NCBI GenBank assembly: GCA_942493095.1
Contig: OW818675.1
Location: forward strand, 1,260,001-1,292,000
Origin: Candidatus Electronema halotolerans
Lineage (GTDB): Bacteria > Desulfobacterota > Desulfobulbia > Desulfobulbales > Desulfobulbaceae
Direction of reading: 5' to 3'
DNA length: 32,000 nt
The notes beneath the pieces were generated by a model that worked only from the letters and a program-made list of their open reading frames with translations, was not told where the DNA came from and ran no database searches. This document shows positions 25,332 to 32,000 of the stretch, piece by piece. Each line of letters starts with the position of its first letter. Within the stretch, counting starts at the first letter, position 1. A program made the translations under genes and the position numbers.

Positions 25332-28300
25332 GGTCCCGAAGGCCCGACCGGTGCTCAAGGCCCGCAAGGCGAAGTAGGCCCGATTGGCCCGCAAGGTCTG
25401 AAGGGTGACAAGGGCGACACTGGCGATCAGGGTCTGCCTGGCAACGACGGTGCTCAAGGCCCGCAGGGTGAAGTAGGCCCGATTGGCCCGCAAGGTCTGA
25501 AGGGTGACAAGGGCGACACTGGCGATCAGGGTCTGCCTGGCAACGACGGTGCTCAAGGCCCGCAGGGTGAAGTAGGCCCGATTGGCCCGCAAGGTCTGAA
25601 GGGTGACAAGGGCGACACTGGCGATCAGGGTCTGCCTGGCAACGACGGTGCTCAAGGCCCGCAGGGCGAAGTAGGCCCGATTGGCCCGCAAGGTCTGAAG
25701 GGTGATAAAGGTGACAAGGGCGACACCGGCGATCAGGGAGAAGTAGGTCCCGAAGGCCCGACCGGTGCTCAAGGCCCGCAAGGCGAAGTAGGCCCGATTG
25801 GCCCGCAAGGTCTGAAGGGTGATAAAGGTGACAAGGGCGACACTGGCGATCAGGGTCTGCCTGGCAACGACGGTGCTCAAGGCCCGCAGGGTGAAGTAGG
25901 CCCGATTGGCCCGCAAGGTCCCGAAGGCCCGACCGGTGCTCAAGGCCCGCAGGGCGAAGTAGGCCCGATTGGCCCGCAAGGTCTGAAGGGTGATAAAGGT
26001 GACAAGGGCGACACTGGCGATCAGGGTCTGCCTGGCAACGACGGTGCTCAAGGCCCGCAGGGTGAAGTAGGCCCGATTGGCCCGCAAGGTCTGAAGGGTG
26101 ATAAAGGTGACAAGGGCGACACCGGCGATCAGGGAGAAGTAGGTCCCGAAGGCCCGACCGGTGCTCAAGGCCCGCAGGGTGAAGTAGGCCCGATTGGCCC
26201 GCAAGGTCTGAAGGGTGATAAAGGTGACAAGGGCGACACTGGCGATCAGGGTCTGCCTGGCAACGACGGTGCTCAAGGCCTGCAGGGTGAAGTAGGCCCG
26301 ATTGGCCCGCAAGGTCTGAAGGGTGATAAAGGTGACAAGGGCGACACTGGCGATCAGGGTCTGCCTGGCAACGACGGTGCTCAAGGCCCGCAGGGTGAAG
26401 TAGGCCCGATTGGCCCGCAAGGTCCCGAAGGCCCGACCGGTGCTCAAGGCCCGCAGGGCGAAGTAGGCCCGATTGGCCCGCAAGGTCTGAAGGGTGATAA
26501 AGGTGACAAGGGCGACACTGGCGATCAGGGTCTGCCTGGCAACGACGGTGCTCAAGGCCCGCAGGGTGAAGTAGGCCCGATTGGCCCGCAAGGTCTGAAG
26601 GGTGATAAAGGTGACAAGGGCGACACCGGCGATCAGGGAGAAGTAGGTCCCGAAGGCCCGACCGGTGCTCAAGGCCCGCAGGGTGAAGTAGGCCCGATTG
26701 GCCCGCAAGGTCTGAAGGGTGATAAAGGTGACAAGGGCGACACTGGCGATCAGGGTCTGCCTGGCAACGACGGTGCTCAAGGCCTGCAGGGTGAAGTAGG
26801 CCCGATTGGCCCGCAAGGTCTGAAGGGTGATAAAGGTGACAAGGGCGACACTGGCGATCAGGGTCTGCCTGGCAACGACGGTGCTCAAGGCCCGCAGGGT
26901 GAAGTAGGCCCGATTGGCCCGCAAGGTCCCGAAGGCCCGACCGGTGCTCAAGGCCCGCAGGGTGAAGTAGGCCCGATTGGCCCGCAAGGTCTGAAGGGTG
27001 ATAAAGGTGACAAGGGCGACACCGGCGATCAGGGTCTGCCTGGCAACGACGGTGCTCAAGGCCCGCAGGGTGAAGTAGGCCCGATTGGCCCGCAAGGTCT
27101 GAAGGGTGATAAAGGTGACAAGGGCGACACCGGCGATCAGGGAGAAGTAGGTCCCGAAGGCCCGACCGGTGCTCAAGGCCCGCAGGGTGAAGTAGGCCCG
27201 ATTGGCCCGCAAGGTCCCGAAGGCCCGACCGGTGCTCAAGGCCCGCAGGGCGAAGTAGGCCCGATTGGCCCGCAAGGTCTGAAGGGTGACAAGGGCGACA
27301 CTGGCGATCAGGGTCTGCCTGGCAACGACGGTGCTCAAGGCCCGCAGGGTGAAGTAGGCCCGATTGGCCCGCAAGGTCCCGAAGGCCCGACCGGTGCTCA
27401 AGGCCCGCAGGGTGAAGTAGGCCCGATTGGCCCGCAAGGTCTGAAGGGTGATAAAGGTGACAAGGGCGACACCGGCGATCAGGGAGAAGTAGGTCCCGAA
27501 GGCCCGACCGGTGCTCAAGGCCCGCAGGGTGAAGTAGGCCCGATTGGCCCGCAAGGTCTGAAGGGTGATAAAGGTGACAAGGGCGACACTGGCGATCAGG
27601 GTCTGCCTGGCAACGACGGTGCTCAAGGCCTGCAGGGTGAAGTAGGCCCGATTGGCCCGCAAGGTCTGAAGGGTGATAAAGGTGACAAGGGCGACACTGG
27701 CGATCAGGGTCTGCCTGGCAACGACGGTGCTCAAGGCCCGCAGGGTGAAGTAGGCCCGATTGGCCCGCAAGGTCCCGAAGGCCCGACCGGTGCTCAAGGC
27801 CCGCAGGGCGAAGTAGGCCCGATTGGCCCGCAAGGTCTGAAGGGTGATAAAGGTGACAAGGGCGACACTGGCGATCAGGGTCTGCCTGGCAACGACGGTG
27901 CTCAAGGCCCGCAGGGTGAAGTAGGCCCGATTGGCCCGCAAGGTCTGAAGGGTGATAAAGGTGACAAGGGCGACACCGGCGATCAGGGAGAAGTAGGTCC
28001 CGAAGGCCCGACCGGTGCTCAAGGCCCGCAGGGTGAAGTAGGCCCGATTGGCCCGCAAGGTCTGAAGGGTGATAAAGGTGACAAGGGCGACACTGGCGAT
28101 CAGGGTCTGCCTGGCAACGACGGTGCTCAAGGCCTGCAGGGTGAAGTAGGCCCGATTGGCCCGCAAGGTCTGAAGGGTGATAAAGGTGACAAGGGCGACA
28201 CTGGCGATCAGGGTCTGCCTGGCAACGACGGTGCTCAAGGCCCGCAGGGTGAAGTAGGCCCGATTGGCCCGCAAGGTCTGAAGGGTGATAAAGGTGACAA

Positions 28301-29036
28301 GGGCGACACTGGCGATCAGGGTCTGCCTGGCAACGACGGTGCTCAAGGCCCGCAGGGTGAAGTAGGCCCGATTGGCCCGCAAGGTCTGAAGGGTGATAAA
28401 GGTGACAAGGGCGACACCGGCGATCAGGGAGAAGTAGGTCCCGAAGGCCCGACCGGTGCTCAAGGCCCGCAGGGTGAAGTAGGCCCGATTGGCCCGCAAG
28501 GTCTGAAGGGTGATAAAGGTGACAAGGGCGACACTGGCGATCAGGGTCTGCCTGGCAACGACGGTGCTCAAGGCCTGCAGGGTGAAGTAGGCCCGATTGG
28601 CCCGCAAGGTCCCGAAGGCCCGACCGGTGCTCAAGGCCCGCAGGGCGAAGTAGGCCCGATTGGCCCGCAAGGTCTGAAGGGTGACAAGGGCGACACTGGC
28701 GATCAGGGTCTGCCTGGCAACGACGGTGCTCAAGGCCCGCAGGGTGAAGTAGGCCCGATTGGCCCGCAAGGTCCCGAAGGCCCGACCGGTGCTCAAGGCC
28801 CGCAGGGTGAAGTAGGCCCGATTGGCCCGCAAGGTCTGAAGGGTGATAAAGGTGACAAGGGCGACACCGGCGATCAGGGAGAAGTAGGTCCCGAAGGCCC
28901 GACCGGTGCTCAAGGCCCGCAGGGTGAAGTAGGCCCGATTGGCCCGCAAGGTCTGAAGGGTGATAAAGGTGACAAGGGCGACACTGGCGATCAGGGTCTG
29001 CCTGGCAACGACCGGTGCTCAAGGCCCGCAGGGTGA
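25332..29036 (+). pseudogene. Middle part of the collagen-like gene, no start codon, ends at a frameshift-induced stop
   Basis: In phase with 23097 after removing 1047 bp (IS plus one TA). Reads ...[19 protein letters not shown] where other copies read NDGAQGPQG. Confidence 0.9.
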
Positions 29037-32000
29037 AGTAGGCCCGATTGGCCCGCAAGGTCTGAAGGGTGATAAAGGTGACAAGGGCGACACTGGCGAT
29101 CAGGGTCTGCCTGGCAACGACGGTGCTCAAGGCCCGCAGGGTGAAGTAGGCCCGATTGGCCCGCAAGGTCCCGAAGGCCCGACCGGTGCTCAAGGCCCGC
29201 AGGGCGAAGTAGGCCCGATTGGCCCGCAAGGTCTGAAGGGTGATAAAGGTGACAAGGGCGACACTGGCGATCAGGGTCTGCCTGGCAACGACGGTGCTCA
29301 AGGCCCGCAGGGCGAAGTAGGCCCGATTGGCCCGCAAGGTCTGAAGGGTGATAAAGGTGACAAGGGCGACACTGGCGATCAGGGAGAAGTAGGTCCCGAA
29401 GGCCCGACCGGTGCTCAAGGCCCGCAGGGCGAAGTAGGCCCGATTGGCCCGCAAGGTCTGAAGGGTGATAAAGGTGACAAGGGCGACACTGGCGATCAGG
29501 GTCTGCCTGGCAACGACGGTGCTCAAGGCCCGCAGGGTGAAGTAGGCCCGATTGGCCCGCAAGGTCTGAAGGGTGATAAAGGTGACAAGGGCGACACCGG
29601 CGATCAGGGAGAAGTAGGTCCCGAAGGCCCGACCGGTGCTCAAGGCCCGCAAGGCGAAGTAGGCCCGATTGGCCCGCAAGGTCTGAAGGGTGACAAGGGC
29701 GACACTGGCGATCAGGGTCTGCCTGGCAACGACGGTGCTCAAGGCCTGCAGGGTGAAGTAGGCCCGATTGGCCCGCAAGGTCTGAAGGGTGATAAAGGTG
29801 ACAAGGGCGACACCGGCGATCAGGGAGAAGTAGGTCCCGAAGGCCCGACCGGTGCTCAAGGCCCGCAAGGTGAAGTAGGCCCGATTGGCCCGCAAGGTCT
29901 GAAGGGTGATAAAGGTGATAAAGGTGACAAGGGCGACACTGGCGATCAGGGAGAAGTAGGTCCCGAAGGCCCGACCGGTGCTCAAGGCCCGCAGGGTGAA
30001 GTAGGCCCGATTGGCCCGCAAGGTCTGAAGGGTGATAAAGGTGACAAGGGCGACACCGGCGATCAGGGAGAAGTAGGTCCCGAAGGCCCGACCGGTGCTC
30101 AAGGCCCGCAGGGCGAAGTAGGCCCGATTGGCCCGCAAGGTCTGAAGGGTGATAAAGGTGACAAGGGCGACACTGGCGATCAGGGTCTGCCTGGCAACGA
30201 CGGTGCTCAAGGCCCGCAGGGTGAAGTAGGCCCGATTGGCCCGCAAGGTCTGAAGGGTGACAAGGGCGACACTGGCGATCAGGGTCTGCCTGGCAACGAC
30301 GGTGCTCAAGGCCCGCAGGGTGAAGTAGGCCCGATTGGCCCGCAAGGTCTGAAGGGTGACAAGGGCGACACTGGCGATCAGGGTCTGCCTGGCAACGACG
30401 GTGCTCAAGGCCCGCAGGGCGAAGTAGGCCCGATTGGCCCGCAAGGTCTGAAGGGTGATAAAGGTGACAAGGGCGACACCGGCGATCAGGGAGAAGTAGG
30501 TCCCGAAGGCCCGACCGGTGCTCAAGGCCCGCAAGGCGAAGTAGGCCCGATTGGCCCGCAAGGTCTGAAGGGTGACAAGGGCGACACTGGCGATCAGGGT
30601 CTGCCTGGCAACGACGGTGCTCAAGGCCCGCAGGGTGAAGTAGGCCCGATTGGCCCGCAAGGTCTGAAGGGTGACAAGGGCGACACTGGCGATCAGGGTC
30701 TGCCTGGCAACGACGGTGCTCAAGGCCCGCAGGGCGAAGTAGGCCCGATTGGCCCGCAAGGTCTGAAGGGTGATAAAGGTGACAAGGGCGACACCGGCGA
30801 TCAGGGAGAAGTAGGTCCCGAAGGCCCGACCGGTGCTCAAGGCCCGCAAGGCGAAGTAGGCCCGATTGGCCCGCAAGGCCCGCAGGGCGAAGTAGGCCCG
30901 ATTGGCCCCGAAGGCCCGCAAGGTCTGAAGGGTGATAAAGGTGACAAGGGCGACACCGGCGATCAGGGTCTGCCTGGCAACGACGGCGCTCAAGGCCCGC
31001 AGGGCGAAGTAGGCCCGATTGGCCCGCAAGGTCTGAAGGGTGATAAAGGTGACAAGGGCGACACTGGCGATCAGGGTCTGCCTGGCAACGACGGTGCTCA
31101 AGGCCCGCAGGGTGAAGTAGGCCCGATTGGCCCGCAAGGTCCCGAAGGCCCGACCGGTGCTCAAGGCCCGCAGGGTGAAGTAGGCCCGATTGGCCCGCAA
31201 GGTCTGAAGGGTGATAAAGGTGACAAGGGCGACACTGGCGATCAGGGTCTGCCTGGCAACGACGGTGCTCAAGGCCTGCAGGGTGAAGTAGGCCCGCAGG
31301 GTGAAGTAGGCCCGATTGGCCCGCAAGGTCCCGAAGGCCCGCAAGGTCTGAAAGGTGACAAGGGCGACACCGGCGATCAGGGAGAAGTAGGTCCCGAAGG
31401 CCCGACCGGTGCTCAAGGCCCGCAGGGTGAAGTAGGCCCCGAAGGCCCGCAAGGTCCCGCTGGTCCTGAAGGCCCGCAGGGGGCAACTGGTCCGCAGGGT
31501 GAACAAGGTCCGCAAGGTCCGAAGGGTGACACCGGCGAATGCGAGTTGCCGTCAGTTCAGTGTGACTTCGGCCAGATATTGACTGGTTGGATCAATGGTC
31601 AACCAATCTGTGAAGATATGCCGGTTAACCTGATCGGTGGCTGCGAAACTGCCTTTGCTTACGGTGACACGACACTGAATTCCTTCCTCAACACCAATCG
31701 TTGGGGATGGCAAAACACTGTAGCCCCAGGAACGACGCTGACTCAGCCGATTTATGCCGGAGCTGGACAGAATGATATAACCAAGGGAACCAAGGTTGGT
31801 GATCTGACTATAGATTACACCGATACCACCAAAGTGACCGTCACCTACACCATGACAGCAGATGATATTATCATGAAGGAAACCCATCTGTATGTGGGTG
31901 AGGAGAGTGTCACAACGGCTGCACCGGGTCAGTATGGCCTTCAGGATGAAGGTTTGCTCAACGCAACCACTGACAGCTACACAGTGAATGTCAGCGGCAA
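29013..32000 (+). pseudogene. 3' part of the collagen-like gene in the +1 frame, with C-terminal cap domain; runs off the window end
   Basis: Gly-X-Y continues in the shifted frame to ...[75 protein letters not shown]...; no start codon or in-frame stop seen up to 32000. Confidence 0.9.

Larger units (their letters stand above)
23835..31539 (+). repeat. Collagen-like Gly-X-Y coding repeat array (interrupted by IS630), near-identical 108-nt and 117-nt higher-order units
   Basis: Modules [36 protein letters not shown] (36 aa, 108 nt) and [39 protein letters not shown] (39 aa, 117 nt) recur with near-identical nucleotides. Confidence 0.97.

Noticed and set aside
25332-31500. CRISPR-like or satellite-like repeat array
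   Set aside because: Units are contiguous with no unique spacers, preserve codon phase and encode Gly-X-Y triplets throughout.
25227-31515. Antisense ORFs of 1240, 2062 and 831 aa across the collagen array
   Set aside because: They are repeat-driven open frames on the minus strand ([16 protein letters not shown]... and [17 protein letters not shown]...), mirroring the collagen units. The sense strand gives an exported, domain-capped Gly-X-Y protein.
1-32000. Presence of tRNA, rRNA or CRISPR loci
   Set aside because: No tRNA-like cloverleaf, rRNA-like segment or spacer/repeat array was recognised by eye; a covariance search would be needed to be certain.

Overview
The window looks like a deltaproteobacterial or Desulfobulbaceae-type genome (lineage is inference). 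Left part, minus strand: a fatty-acid/electron-transfer cluster in the order yceD-rpmF-plsX-fabH-acyl-CoA dehydrogenase-etfB-[antitoxin/PIN/Mrr-like nuclease]-ferredoxin-etfA. The etfB/etfA pair is split by a compact, AT-richer cassette. Middle: a DUF294-type cNMP/CBS/nucleotidyltransferase protein, then a minus-strand trio made of a transglutaminase-elicitor-like protein with a His-rich N-terminus, a caspase-fold protease and a companion protein. Next to them is a decayed phosphorothioation-related locus: a DndC fragment and a phosphorothioate-type HNH restriction endonuclease broken by two MITE-like insertions that can be excised in silico to restore a 326-codon frame. Then bioF, a beta-helix/PKD surface protein, a SYLF protein, rubredoxin and an IS66 element. 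Right part: a very large secreted collagen-like gene of about 740 Gly-X-Y triplets, flanked by two homologous globular domains. It is interrupted by a 1045-bp IS630 element and by a single-base frameshift at about 29012. One of the two MITEs has ends matching this IS630 element. All coordinates and identities come from reading the sequence; no database search was run.
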